Under the pieces are notes generated by a model, which was given only the letters and a program-made list of their open reading frames with translations, was not told the origin of the DNA and searched no databases. From NCBI GenBank assembly GCA_965206655.1, contig CBDBKC010000038.1, forward strand, positions 831,430 to 895,429: 64,000 bases of DNA, given 5' to 3'. Position 1 is the first letter of the stretch. The number at the start of each line of letters is the position of its first letter. The position numbers were made by a program, and so were the translations under genes. Shown piece by piece: positions 39,049-48,911 of the stretch. The DNA comes from Bryobacterales bacterium (GTDB taxonomy: Bacteria; Acidobacteriota; Terriglobia; Bryobacterales; UBA6623).

Positions 39049-40308
39049 CTACCGCTGTAAAGGCGCCGACCGCCCCAGTACTGAATAGACGTCCTCCACC
39101 TGGTGGCCCTTGCAGACAAAGATGCGGTCGAAGCAGTTGACGGTCATGTCGAGGTTCGACATGACGAGTTCGAGCTGATCACCCAGCTTAGGCTCCCGAT
39201 CCGTCTCGTCCCATTCGATGAGGCCGAACTCGGCCCCGGCTGGTCGTACGCGCAGGTCGGGACGGTCCTTGACGATGTCCGTCGGCTGTGTCATCGACTT
39301 CTTGCCGGCGTCGATGGAGGCCTGCTTCGGATAGTGTCTACTGACCACTGTGGTAAGCACGCTGAGAGCCAGCCCGAAGTCTTCAAAGGTCTCGCTGCCG
39401 CTCTTGCTGCCGATGGTCCGGTAGTGCGAATCCATCAGGGCATAGGAACCAGCCTGCAGCTCCGTCAGGCCGTCTAGGTGCAAGCTGTCGATGTCGTAGC
39501 TGCCGGTGCTGCCGCCGGTTACGATGTCGACCGGGATGCCTGCCTTGCGGCACAGGTGCACCGATTCCATGAGCTTGTCGATCTGGGTGTTCGAGACGGC
39601 CCGGCGGTGCTCCCAACCTTTGGCGTGTGACGCCGCGCCGGAATACCCCATCAGGCCGGCCAGCTTGAGGTGCTTGGCCTCCATCGCGCGCTGACTGAGT
39701 TCGAGCCCTTCCTTGCCGGGCGCTACGCCCTGCCGATGATTGACCCCAATGTCGTTGTCGACAACCACGTTGAACGTGACCTTCTCGGTCGCTGCGACTT
39801 TCTCGAGCTGGTCCACAATCGTTGGGTCTTCGACGACGAACATGAAGGTCGGGTCTCTCCGCGTCAGCGCGACAACGCGGCTCAGCTTATTGGGGCCGAC
39901 CGGCTGGCTGGTCCACAGAATACCCGGCGCGCCGGCGTCCATCATCGCCTCGCACTCTGAGATGGTGGCGCAACTGAGCCCGTGCGCCCCAGACTTGATC
40001 TGCAGCATGCCGATCTCGGGGCTCCGATGTACCTTCACGTGTGACCGCAAACCGATACCGGTCTTCACACAATGATCGGCGAGTGTCTTCAGGTTCTTAT
40101 CAAAGACGCCCTTGTCGAGGACGAGATTCGGCGTCGGCAGGTCGTTCTTAGTAAGCCCTGAGAGGTCGTGACGCTTGATTTTCCATTCGAGTTCCGCGTG
40201 CGAGTACGACTTCGTGCGCGCGGCGCTCATCGGCGCCGCAAAGGGACGGGAGCCGGCAAGTGCGCCACCTGCCGCCGCAACGGAAAGAAACAATCTTCGG
40301 GAAAGCAT
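39049..40308 (-). CDS. Tat-exported fold-type III PLP enzyme (alanine-racemase-like N-terminal domain; D-serine dehydratase-like/DSD1/D-threonine-aldolase family)
   Basis: MSLMLSRRLFLSVAAAGG Tat signal; …GIGLRSHVKVHRSPEIG… (PLP-Lys region) then C-terminal beta domain. Confidence 0.6.
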   Translation of the reverse strand: MLSRRLFLSVAAAGGALAGSRPFAAPMSAARTKSYSHAELEWKIKRHDLSGLTKNDLPTPNLVLDKGVFDKNLKTLADHCVKTGIGLRSHVKVHRSPEIGMLQIKSGAHGLSCATISECEAMMDAGAPGILWTSQPVGPNKLSRVVALTRRDPTFMFVVEDPTIVDQLEKVAATEKVTFNVVVDNDIGVNHRQGVAPGKEGLELSQRAMEAKHLKLAGLMGYSGAASHAKGWEHRRAVSNTQIDKLMESVHLCRKAGIPVDIVTGGSTGSYDIDSLHLDGLTELQAGSYALMDSHYRTIGSKSGSETFEDFGLALSVLTTVVSRHYPKQASIDAGKKSMTQPTDIVKDRPDLRVRPAGAEFGLIEWDETDREPKLGDQLELVMSNLDMTVNCFDRIFVCKGHQVEDVYSVLGRSAPLQR

Positions 40309-40587
40309 GAGAGACATCGGAGGGATGACCGGCTTGATTGTAGTGGATCGGCGGGGCGGGCGGCGCCGCAACCGGGCTGCAGTGCCGCGGCAGCTTCCGC
40401 CCCGCGGCGTCCCAGATGCACGACGCCGCACCAAAGCGTAGAAGCACCGCACCGGCGACCTCCCGTGCGCGCCTCGCCACCAAGCCTTTTCGTGACCGTG
40501 GGCGCATGTTGTCTATCGTAGCTTCGTGGGGTCAGCACCCTTCGGTTAGGCTTCCGCGCAATCTATCTTCATGGGCCGGTCTCCCGC

Positions 40588-42768
40588 CTACGGGGAATCC
40601 GCAAGACGGTCCTTTTTCTGCCGGGAAACGACCATAGTAATCGGCGCTGTTGCTGCCCAGCGGCCGTCCACCTCGGCTTCAATGCTGATCTTCGTCGTAC
40701 TCGGTTCCGCTTGCTCCCCAGCCTCAAGCGCCAAAATGATTTGGTCTGACTCCCGGGATATGACCTGATAGCCAATCCCTTTGGGCGCGTTGGCGATGCG
40801 GAGCTTTGCGTGGTGGGGTACTTGTTCCGCAACGATCTTGATTTCCTTCACTTCGCCCTGCTCGAGTCCGATACCTTTTGTTTCGGTCGAAAGCCTGGCA
40901 TCGAAAGGCTCGACGACGTTCATCGCGATACCGGGAATCGGACGGCGAATGTCGTTCCTTTGGCGTGGCGGGCCGATCCAGAGCGACGCGTGTGCCTCGA
41001 CGACGGGGCCGCCGGTTCCGGCGCGGCCTCGAACTTGAAACGGGTATACACCCGCCGTGAGAGACTCTGGTGCTTCGACGCGAAACGTCAACGCGGGGAT
41101 GATGATGTTGTCGCCGTCCGCGGAGGGGCCAAAAAACTGGTCAGCGCGAAACTTGCCGGAGAGCGCTTCTCTCTGGGACGGCAGACCGTCAGCCCAAACC
41201 TCAACCTCGTCTTCGAATCCCGGCTGGCGGATCAAGAACACGGTAAGCTCGGCCACACCGCCGCGCGGAACGGTGAAGTTTTCCGGTTCCACCAGTAGCT
41301 GAAAACCCGGGCGGGCGCTCCTAACCTTTAGTCGGTACTGGAATGTTGGGCCGCCCCGGCCGACCCGGTCACGTACGACGAGCTTCAAGGACCCATTTCG
41401 TTTTGGAATATAGGACAAGCTGCTGTCGGGGTTGCCGATGACCGTCCCTTGTCCCGTCATCACGTCGTCGTGCTCCGCGACGAGTTTGCCTTGGCTGTCG
41501 AAGAGCTCCAGCACGGTGTCGATGTAGGGCAGGCCAAGCTGCGAGGCCAGCGTCAGGATTTGCAATGGCTCGCCCGCAACCCCTTGGATTTCGTAGATGT
41601 CGTCCTCTCCATCGGAGTCCAAAGCGCCGTTGATGATGACCTCGCCTTGCCGCCAGTCCGCGAGCCGGCTATTCGCTTCCGAGAACTCGCGGACGTCGCT
41701 GATCTCGAAGCTGATCCCATCAGCGGCGCCTTGAGGCCCTGTCGCCCAGAGCCGCCAAAGGCCTGTCTCAACCCCTTCGGGGATCTCCAGCCTGGCTTCC
41801 AATCGGTGAGCCGACCGGCTTACGACTTCGGCGTCGATTCTCGGAACGTCCACGGCTCTTGTCGGGTCTGGGCGAAAATCAATCGGGATCGTAAACGGAT
41901 AGGTCATACGGTAGTGTTCCGCTCCCCGAATCCGCGACAGATGTACCGACTGGATGGAATCGAGAGCCGTTCCCACAACCGTGATATGGGCCGTTGAACC
42001 GCGTGCCGCACCCAGAGGGGAAACGGCTTCCATCAGCGGCAACTGGGAAACGCGCAACATGTAGCCGCAGTTCCGGCCGCAGTTAACGTTCTGAGGGCCG
42101 CGATACTGGTCGAGCTGCAGGTAGTAGTCGCCGCTGTCCGCGAAGGTGTGCTCGATGAACGGCGTCTCATCGACGTCGTTGCGGTCATCGTTATACGCGA
42201 CACGGTTCCCTTCGGCATCGAACAAGGTCAGTTCGCACTCGAGGTATGAACCATACTCCATCGAACGGACATCGAAGGTCCAACGCTCGCCCGCTTGTGC
42301 TTTGAAGGCGTAGGTGTCAATGTCCACACGCCCGGCCATGTAGCCGTCAACAATCTGGGGCGCGAGCTCCATCGGCTGGGCTTGATCAAGTCGATCATTG
42401 GGCTCGGCTTCAGCCACGGCTGGGAACTGTGTGACGTTGAACAGCCTGGAGTTCGACGGCCCGTCTTGGGAGAAAAGCTGCAACCGATGTGGTCCCAACG
42501 CGGCTTTTCCGCCTACCTCGACCAGGCCCACGACGTGTCCGGAGTCGGCCTGCTTCGTTTGCACCCAGCGCAAGTCCGTGCTGTCGAAGCGTACGCCGGT
42601 TACATTCGATAGAAACTGTCCGTGCAACTCAACCGTAACGGTCGAGCCCAATCGCGCGCCGAGTGGCAGGACACGATCGATCCAGGGTTGGGGTAGGTCG
42701 GAGCCAGGAAGCTGTGATGCCGCGAGGAGTGCGAGGGCCGCCGTTGTCATCTGGCGCCTCGCCGTCAA
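40588..42768 (-). CDS. Secreted protein with multiple pre-peptidase C-terminal (PPC)-type beta-sandwich domains
   Basis: Signal peptide; …DIDTYAFKAQAGERWTFDVRS… and …DIYEIQGVAGEPLQI… PPC-like motifs. Confidence 0.5.
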   Translation of the reverse strand: MTARRQMTTAALALLAASQLPGSDLPQPWIDRVLPLGARLGSTVTVELHGQFLSNVTGVRFDSTDLRWVQTKQADSGHVVGLVEVGGKAALGPHRLQLFSQDGPSNSRLFNVTQFPAVAEAEPNDRLDQAQPMELAPQIVDGYMAGRVDIDTYAFKAQAGERWTFDVRSMEYGSYLECELTLFDAEGNRVAYNDDRNDVDETPFIEHTFADSGDYYLQLDQYRGPQNVNCGRNCGYMLRVSQLPLMEAVSPLGAARGSTAHITVVGTALDSIQSVHLSRIRGAEHYRMTYPFTIPIDFRPDPTRAVDVPRIDAEVVSRSAHRLEARLEIPEGVETGLWRLWATGPQGAADGISFEISDVREFSEANSRLADWRQGEVIINGALDSDGEDDIYEIQGVAGEPLQILTLASQLGLPYIDTVLELFDSQGKLVAEHDDVMTGQGTVIGNPDSSLSYIPKRNGSLKLVVRDRVGRGGPTFQYRLKVRSARPGFQLLVEPENFTVPRGGVAELTVFLIRQPGFEDEVEVWADGLPSQREALSGKFRADQFFGPSADGDNIIIPALTFRVEAPESLTAGVYPFQVRGRAGTGGPVVEAHASLWIGPPRQRNDIRRPIPGIAMNVVEPFDARLSTETKGIGLEQGEVKEIKIVAEQVPHHAKLRIANAPKGIGYQVISRESDQIILALEAGEQAEPSTTKISIEAEVDGRWAATAPITMVVSRQKKDRLADSP

Positions 42769-44039
42769 ACAAACAGCTCCTTGATAGGTGTACCGTCTTT
42801 GTTGATTCTGACGGGCCGCCCGTTGGCGTGATAGTCCTTCGTGTAGTCGATGCCGAGCTTTTTGAAAATAGTCGCGCCGAGATCTTCCACCGAGATGGGA
42901 CGGTCTTTCGGCTCGGCGGCACGTTCGTCGGAGCTGCCGATGACTTGCCCGCCCGGAGTCCCGGCACCCGCCATGGCCACGGGGAACACGCCCGGCCAGT
43001 GGTCGCGGCCCGCCGAGTAGTTGATCTTGGGCGTTCTGCCAAATTCGCCCATCGCGATGACCAGGGTGGTATCGAGCAGGCCCCGCTGCTTCAGGTCGTC
43101 GAGCAACGCGACGAAGGCTTGGTCGAAAATCGGATACAGCGTTTTGTTGGTCTTCTCGTTGTCGGTATGGGTATCGTAGCCGCCGTGAAACACGGTGACG
43201 AGCCGCACGCCTGACTCGATCAGCCGACGCGCCAGCAGCGCCCCTTGGCCCGCGGTGTTTCGCCCGTAGAGATCGCGCAACGTTGCGGGCTCTTGGCTGA
43301 TATCAAACGCTTTCTTGGCGATGGGCGATGACACCAGATCGATTGCTTTTTGATAGAAGTAGTCCATGCTGTCGATCAGCGGCGACGTCTCGAGCGCTTC
43401 CAACTCGGCATCGAGAGCCCCCAGGAGTCGCGCTCGCCCTTGGGCCTCTTCCAGAGCCACTCCCGTGGGCAGCGTCAGGTCCTTGACCGAAAAATTCTCC
43501 TGGTTTGGGTCGCCCGTGATAAACGGATCGTAGGCCGAGCCAATAAAGCCCGCTTCGGCTGAAATATCCTTGCGCGGAATCACAACAAACGGCGGCATCC
43601 CGTTGCGCGCCCCTTGTTCCTTCGCCACGACCGACCCGTACACAGGGTGTTTCAAGTCATTCCCGGGCTTGCTACCGCTGTAGATATACTGCTTCGCCTT
43701 TTCGTGGATGGCCTGATCGGAGTGAACGGAGCGGATGAGCGTGAATTCGTTCAGCGCCTTGGTACAGCGCGGCAGGAGCTCGCTGAAGTGTATGCCGGGG
43801 ACGGCGGTCGGAATCGTGCCGAAGCTGCCGCGAATCTCAAGAGGCGCGTCCGGCTTCGGATCGAAACCATCAAGCTGGCTCATGCCGCCGCTCTGGAAGA
43901 AGATGATGCACGAGATGTCCTCTCGCCCGTGCGGCGAGCCGAGCAGGGTCGGCAGGTCCAGACCGAACGCCAGCGTGCCAACCCGAAGGAAATCCCTGCG
44001 GCTGAATCCACTTCGGTCAAACCTCGCTGTGCTACTCAC
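42765..44039 (-). CDS. DUF1501-family protein (sulfatase-like), Tat signal
   Basis: SRRDFLRVG Tat motif; …GGMSQLDGFDPKPDAP…DTHTDN… typical of DUF1501. Overlaps the next gene's start. Confidence 0.8.
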   Translation of the reverse strand: MSSTARFDRSGFSRRDFLRVGTLAFGLDLPTLLGSPHGREDISCIIFFQSGGMSQLDGFDPKPDAPLEIRGSFGTIPTAVPGIHFSELLPRCTKALNEFTLIRSVHSDQAIHEKAKQYIYSGSKPGNDLKHPVYGSVVAKEQGARNGMPPFVVIPRKDISAEAGFIGSAYDPFITGDPNQENFSVKDLTLPTGVALEEAQGRARLLGALDAELEALETSPLIDSMDYFYQKAIDLVSSPIAKKAFDISQEPATLRDLYGRNTAGQGALLARRLIESGVRLVTVFHGGYDTHTDNEKTNKTLYPIFDQAFVALLDDLKQRGLLDTTLVIAMGEFGRTPKINYSAGRDHWPGVFPVAMAGAGTPGGQVIGSSDERAAEPKDRPISVEDLGATIFKKLGIDYTKDYHANGRPVRINKDGTPIKELFV

Positions 44040-44052
44040 GACGGGCCTCTCG

Positions 44053-46539
44053 TCATTGGTTTAACTGAAACTCCTTTGAGTTCAGAACAGCCCACAGCAT
44101 GTTCTCCAGGGCGCGACGCCTGGTTCGGCCGGCGTCTTTTTCATCAGCGATGAATTTCGAGATTGAGTCCCACTGGCCGGTGGTCGGCTCCCGTGCGTAC
44201 GCCCGCTCGAAAACTCGGTCGACAATCGCTTGGTCGTCGAGGCCTTGCTCAAGCAAATCCGTCAATATGTTCTCCTCGGCTTCTACCTTGTCACGAATCG
44301 TCTCGCTGTTCATCATGTGGAGCGCCTGGCTCAGCGACGGGCTCTTGTCCCGGGGGGCAAGAATGTCGCGGCGGGGGAAACCGAACACGGTCAGGAAGTA
44401 GTCGGGTCCGTTCGTGGCGACAACGTCCTTGGGTGAGGTTCCTGGCGGGTAATTGCCGAACCTGTGAGGCGCGGCGGTGACTTGCACAATCGAATCGAGC
44501 ATGACCTCCGCCGGCAACTTGCGCGGGACGTAGCGGCCGTACAGCATTTCACCCAGGTTGTCGGCTTCGCCTTTGCGCGAAGGGTCGCGGCTGCTCAACT
44601 GGTAGGTACGGGAACTCAGGATGGTTCGGTGCAGCTCCTTAAAGCGAAATCCGCTCTCGATGAAATACCGCGCCAATTCGTCGAGCAGGTCCGGATGGGT
44701 CGGCATGTTCGTTGAACGGAAGTCATCCGGTGGCTCGACCAGTCCACGACCGAAGTACTCCGACCAGATGCGGTTCACCGTCGCGCGGGCGAATTGAAGC
44801 TGCTGCGTCCGCGTGATCCAGTTGGCCAGAGCCTCGCGGCGGTCGCTTCCCTCTGGGATCGCGGGGGTTGTACCGTCGAGGAATCGCGGCGCTACCGGTT
44901 GTTTCGTCACCGGATGCAACAAGTCGCCGTTACGCTCGCTGTACCATATACGCCGATACTGCCCGTAGCCGTGCTTAACCTTGAGCCGGGCGAAGAAGGC
45001 GGCCATTCCGTAGAAGTCGTCCTGGGTCAGGTTCTCAAGCGGATGGTTGTGACATTCCGCGCAATCGAGCCGAACCCCAAGAAAGAGCCGGGAGACAGTG
45101 GGCGTGATCTTTCGCGGCTCGAAAGTGCGGAGCATGAAATCCATCGCGGGGTGCCAGAAGTTACCCGCCGGGCGGACCGTCGTATCTCCCGTGCTCGTGA
45201 GCATTTGGCGCACGGTCTCGTCGTAGGGCCAGTCCTCTTCAACCATCAGCCGGATCCATTTCTTGAAGCTGGCGTTGGTTCGGCCTTGCGAGTTGTACTG
45301 TGCGTTGCGGAACCAGTCTTCGAACTTGACGAGCCACTGGCTTGCATAGTCCCTGCTTTCGAGCAGGTGGTCGATCAAGCGGCCGCGCTTATCGGCCCTG
45401 GGGTCGTCGAGGAATTCCTCGACCTCGCCGGGTGTAGGTAGCCGTCCGGCGGCATCCAAGAAAACTCGTCGAATGAACATGCGGTCGGAAGCGAGGGGAT
45501 AGGCGGTAATATTGACCTCCCGCAGTTTCTTGAAGACGTGGCGGTCGATGAAGTTGTTCTCGGCTGTGGCTCTGTATTCCAAACCCGAAGAGGAATCGAT
45601 CACGATCATCTGTGAAGTGGCGACCTTGCCGACGGCACGCGCCATGATAGTCGTAAGACCTCGCCCCGCGGCCGTCACGATCCCGGCCAAATCAGGCGAA
45701 GAGACGACCGCCTCGTCGGCGACTGAGTAGCGTACTTCGCCGCTCATGTCGCGGGTGGAGCCGTCAGAAAATCGCCCGATCACAACAAGTGGCTGACGTC
45801 GCTCGCGGCCGATCAAAATCCGCTCGCGGGGGTACATTTCAAGACGCTCCATGCGGGGGCCCTGAGTGTCGAGAGGCGCTCGTTGCTGGAGCCAAGTGTG
45901 CAGAGTGCGGTAGGCGTCCGACTCAGGGGTCATCAACTTGCCGCCGCCATGAGCGAGTTGGAACGAGGGCTTCCGCAGGAGGAGTGAATCTTCCGCCTTG
46001 TCGAAATCCACCCGGCGGCCGTCATCTTCGTACACCACCATCTTGTGATCGGCGGCGACATCGTACCCGAACAGCGAAAGCTTGAAGCCGTTCTGTCCCG
46101 CCGGCGAGCCGTGGCAGGCAGAACCGTTACAGCCCTTGGTTGTCAGGATCGACATCACATCGCGGGAAAAGCTCACCGTCATCTCCTGCGATTGATTCCG
46201 CACTTCTACGGGCATAGATGTCTTCAGACTCCCGAACGAAACCTCAATCGTTGCCCGTCCCGGTGAATGTCCCACGACGATTCCTCCGTCGGGGTCGACG
46301 GTGAGCACCTTTGGGTCTGATGAGAGAAGACGGCACGATCGGCTCACATCCGCTTCGTGCGCTTGGCCGTCACGCGCCGTGACGATGAACTTCTGCGAGG
46401 CCCCGGCCCCCTGGAGAACGATTCCGGGCGGTTCCAACTCAATGGCGGTCCACCCATCGCCCGCGAAAACGGGAACTCCGGCACCGGCCAGAAGGGCGGC
46501 GATGGCCCCCGCAACGTTCCGCAAAGTCCGCCCCCGCAT
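44053..46539 (-). CDS. DUF1549/DUF1553 (PSCyt/PSD) protein with N-terminal Big_2-like domain
   Basis: 828 aa; …TKGCNGSACHG… (PSCyt2 CxxCH-like) and C-terminal DUF1553 region; canonical partner of DUF1501. Confidence 0.8.
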   Translation of the reverse strand: MRGRTLRNVAGAIAALLAGAGVPVFAGDGWTAIELEPPGIVLQGAGASQKFIVTARDGQAHEADVSRSCRLLSSDPKVLTVDPDGGIVVGHSPGRATIEVSFGSLKTSMPVEVRNQSQEMTVSFSRDVMSILTTKGCNGSACHGSPAGQNGFKLSLFGYDVAADHKMVVYEDDGRRVDFDKAEDSLLLRKPSFQLAHGGGKLMTPESDAYRTLHTWLQQRAPLDTQGPRMERLEMYPRERILIGRERRQPLVVIGRFSDGSTRDMSGEVRYSVADEAVVSSPDLAGIVTAAGRGLTTIMARAVGKVATSQMIVIDSSSGLEYRATAENNFIDRHVFKKLREVNITAYPLASDRMFIRRVFLDAAGRLPTPGEVEEFLDDPRADKRGRLIDHLLESRDYASQWLVKFEDWFRNAQYNSQGRTNASFKKWIRLMVEEDWPYDETVRQMLTSTGDTTVRPAGNFWHPAMDFMLRTFEPRKITPTVSRLFLGVRLDCAECHNHPLENLTQDDFYGMAAFFARLKVKHGYGQYRRIWYSERNGDLLHPVTKQPVAPRFLDGTTPAIPEGSDRREALANWITRTQQLQFARATVNRIWSEYFGRGLVEPPDDFRSTNMPTHPDLLDELARYFIESGFRFKELHRTILSSRTYQLSSRDPSRKGEADNLGEMLYGRYVPRKLPAEVMLDSIVQVTAAPHRFGNYPPGTSPKDVVATNGPDYFLTVFGFPRRDILAPRDKSPSLSQALHMMNSETIRDKVEAEENILTDLLEQGLDDQAIVDRVFERAYAREPTTGQWDSISKFIADEKDAGRTRRRALENMLWAVLNSKEFQLNQ

Positions 46540-46650
46540 ACTCGCCAGAATACACCACGCAAACCATTAGCAGGGCCGGGAAACAGCGGGGAGGGTAGCG
46601 AATGCTTGCCCGAGGGCGAAAACCGAGGCCCAATCCCTCTCTTGGCGCCC

Positions 46651-48045
46651 TTAATCCCGGCGTAGCACTCCGGCTACAACCCGTTTCGGGACCGCTCCGA
46701 CCCGGATGCGATCGACGACCTTCAGTGTCCTGTTATCCACGACCACAGTGGTATCGTCTCCCGCCGTAGCGATATAGGTGCTGTTACCGTCCGGGGTGAT
46801 GGCGATCCAGTCTGGGTGCTCCCCGACTTCCACAACTTTCAGCAGTTTGTAGTCCGGCAGAGAGTAAGCCACAACGCTGTGATACCACTTGCTGGTTGAC
46901 CACAGGATCTTCTCGTCTGGAGTGATCGCCAAACCGTGGGCGGGAGATCCCTGCAGAGTCCGCTCCTCTTTTTCGTGCCCCGGCGGGTCGGGCATCGTGA
47001 TTCGCCGCACCACCTTCCGTGTCGCAAAATCAACGACCGCGAAACCGTGAAAATTGGAGAGTTGGACGACAATCTCTTTGGTCGACCCGTCCGCATTTGT
47101 TGTGAAGGCCATTGGCCGGATGCCGGCGTCCAGTGTTAGGGTCCACGTAACGGTGTCGGTCGAAGTATCGACGACGCTGATAGTCTTCGCGGGGATTGCG
47201 CCGGCTACGGCAAACTTGCCGTCCGGCGTGACGTAGACGTTGTGGAGCCGTCCATTGACTGGAATACTCTTTACGTTCTTCATCGACACGGTATCGATGA
47301 CGTCCACATAGCCAGGGTCCTCGGCGATTGCCACATAGACCTTGGAGCCATCCTTCGCCGCGGCGCAGTTGTTCGGACGTCCGCTGAGCGGAACTCGCTT
47401 GATGACCTTGAACGTCTTCGAGCTCACGAAGTCCAAGGTCACCAGCGATTCATTGGTCACGTAGATGCGGCGCCCATCGGGAGCAATCGTGATGCCGTGT
47501 GGGACCTCAATGCCCTCAATCATCGCGACGACCCCGTTGGTCGCGGGGTCGATCACGTGAATGTTGTCGCCGGCGGCGTTCGTTTGGAGAACGCGAACTA
47601 CGCCGTCGCCTGACTTTGCCGCCTCGGAATCGGTCTCTCCGTTGACCCAAGCCGCCAGCGTCCGCCATTCCGGATCACTCTGTGATGTCCAGTGTTTGCC
47701 GCCGGCATGGTAGTTGTCGCCACCCGCGGTCTTCGCCAGCGGGTGCAGTAGCATGCGGCTCTCCGTCGGCCGGCCCGGCACGACGAACTGACTCCAGACT
47801 TCAAAGTTCCGGCGTGACTGCTCGTCGTCCCAAGCGGTCGCCCCGTGTTTCAGCTCTTGCAGGGGAGGGCTGCGATGTCCGTGGCAGGTAATGCAGCGAG
47901 CATGCCCGGGGCGCTTCTTCAGAAAGATGGGCTGTACTTGCTCCTTGAAGAAGGGGTAGTCCAGCGACGGTGCTGAAGACGACTGGGCGGAGAGAGTCCC
48001 CGCCGCCAGCACGAAAAGGCTCGCGCGGTTCAGGAATGAATACAT
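46651..48045 (-). CDS. Secreted cytochrome-c-domain (CITCHG) protein fused to a YVTN-type beta-propeller
   Basis: Signal peptide; single CxxCH; repeated …YVTN…/…YVAI… propeller blades. Confidence 0.6.
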   Translation of the reverse strand: MYSFLNRASLFVLAAGTLSAQSSSAPSLDYPFFKEQVQPIFLKKRPGHARCITCHGHRSPPLQELKHGATAWDDEQSRRNFEVWSQFVVPGRPTESRMLLHPLAKTAGGDNYHAGGKHWTSQSDPEWRTLAAWVNGETDSEAAKSGDGVVRVLQTNAAGDNIHVIDPATNGVVAMIEGIEVPHGITIAPDGRRIYVTNESLVTLDFVSSKTFKVIKRVPLSGRPNNCAAAKDGSKVYVAIAEDPGYVDVIDTVSMKNVKSIPVNGRLHNVYVTPDGKFAVAGAIPAKTISVVDTSTDTVTWTLTLDAGIRPMAFTTNADGSTKEIVVQLSNFHGFAVVDFATRKVVRRITMPDPPGHEKEERTLQGSPAHGLAITPDEKILWSTSKWYHSVVAYSLPDYKLLKVVEVGEHPDWIAITPDGNSTYIATAGDDTTVVVDNRTLKVVDRIRVGAVPKRVVAGVLRRD

Positions 48046-48243
48046 AGCATCTACTCCTTGGCGTGGTTATTGTATACCCGCCGGATCGCCGCCGGGACCT
48101 TCGAAAACGGCAGGCGCGCGGCCTCCGGAACGAAAGAGCCGCCTCAAGACGGAGATCGAGATCCAGCGCCTCGACGCCATGACAGACAGGCCCTGGCGAT
48201 AGCCCGGCAACTGTTGATCGTTTATTATTATTCGTCTAGGTTG

Positions 48244-48738
48244 ATGCTTTCGTCCCAACAGCAACTGCCCGAGAACGGCGTCGTCTCGTATGCGGCAACG
48301 GTTAAGCCCGACTGGCTTGACTACAACGATCACATGAATGTCGCGTACTACGTTATGGCATTCGATCGTGCGATCGACGCCTTCACGGATGTGATCGGTC
48401 TTTCCCGCGAGTACGTCGAACGCAAGCATCGCTCGACGGTCGCACTCGAGTCGCATATCTCCTACCTACGAGAGGCATCGCTGGGTGACGAATTGCGCAT
48501 CGACACCCGTGTCATCGATTTCGATGGCAAGCGAGCGCATCTTTACCAAGAGATGTATCGCGGGGATCAGTTGCTCGCTACGCAGGAAACGCTATCGATC
48601 AGCTTCGATACGGCTGCGCGAAAGTCCTGCATATTCGACGAGGCGATCGTCCAGGGCTACGAACGCATGGTCGCGGCCCAGCGCGGACTGCCCTTACCGG
48701 AGCGGCGACGACGCTCCGTGGGTATCCGTCGAAAGTGA
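48244..48738 (+). CDS. Hotdog-fold acyl-CoA thioesterase-like protein
   Basis: ~165 aa; …DYNDHMNVAYYV… resembles the 4HBT/YbgC family. Confidence 0.5.
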   Translation: MLSSQQQLPENGVVSYAATVKPDWLDYNDHMNVAYYVMAFDRAIDAFTDVIGLSREYVERKHRSTVALESHISYLREASLGDELRIDTRVIDFDGKRAHLYQEMYRGDQLLATQETLSISFDTAARKSCIFDEAIVQGYERMVAAQRGLPLPERRRRSVGIRRK

Positions 48739-48911
48739 CCTGCTTTTCGCGATTGTTCCGCGGGAGCCTCCACCTACGCGCGGTGGCTTGCGCCGCGGAT
48801 TCGCAGTGACACGCATATATCCCGTTATCTACTTGTGCGAGCGCGATGAACTCTCTTCGGCCGGCGACTGGGCACGGCTTCCGGGTACAGCGAGGATTGC
48901 ACAGGGATGTT

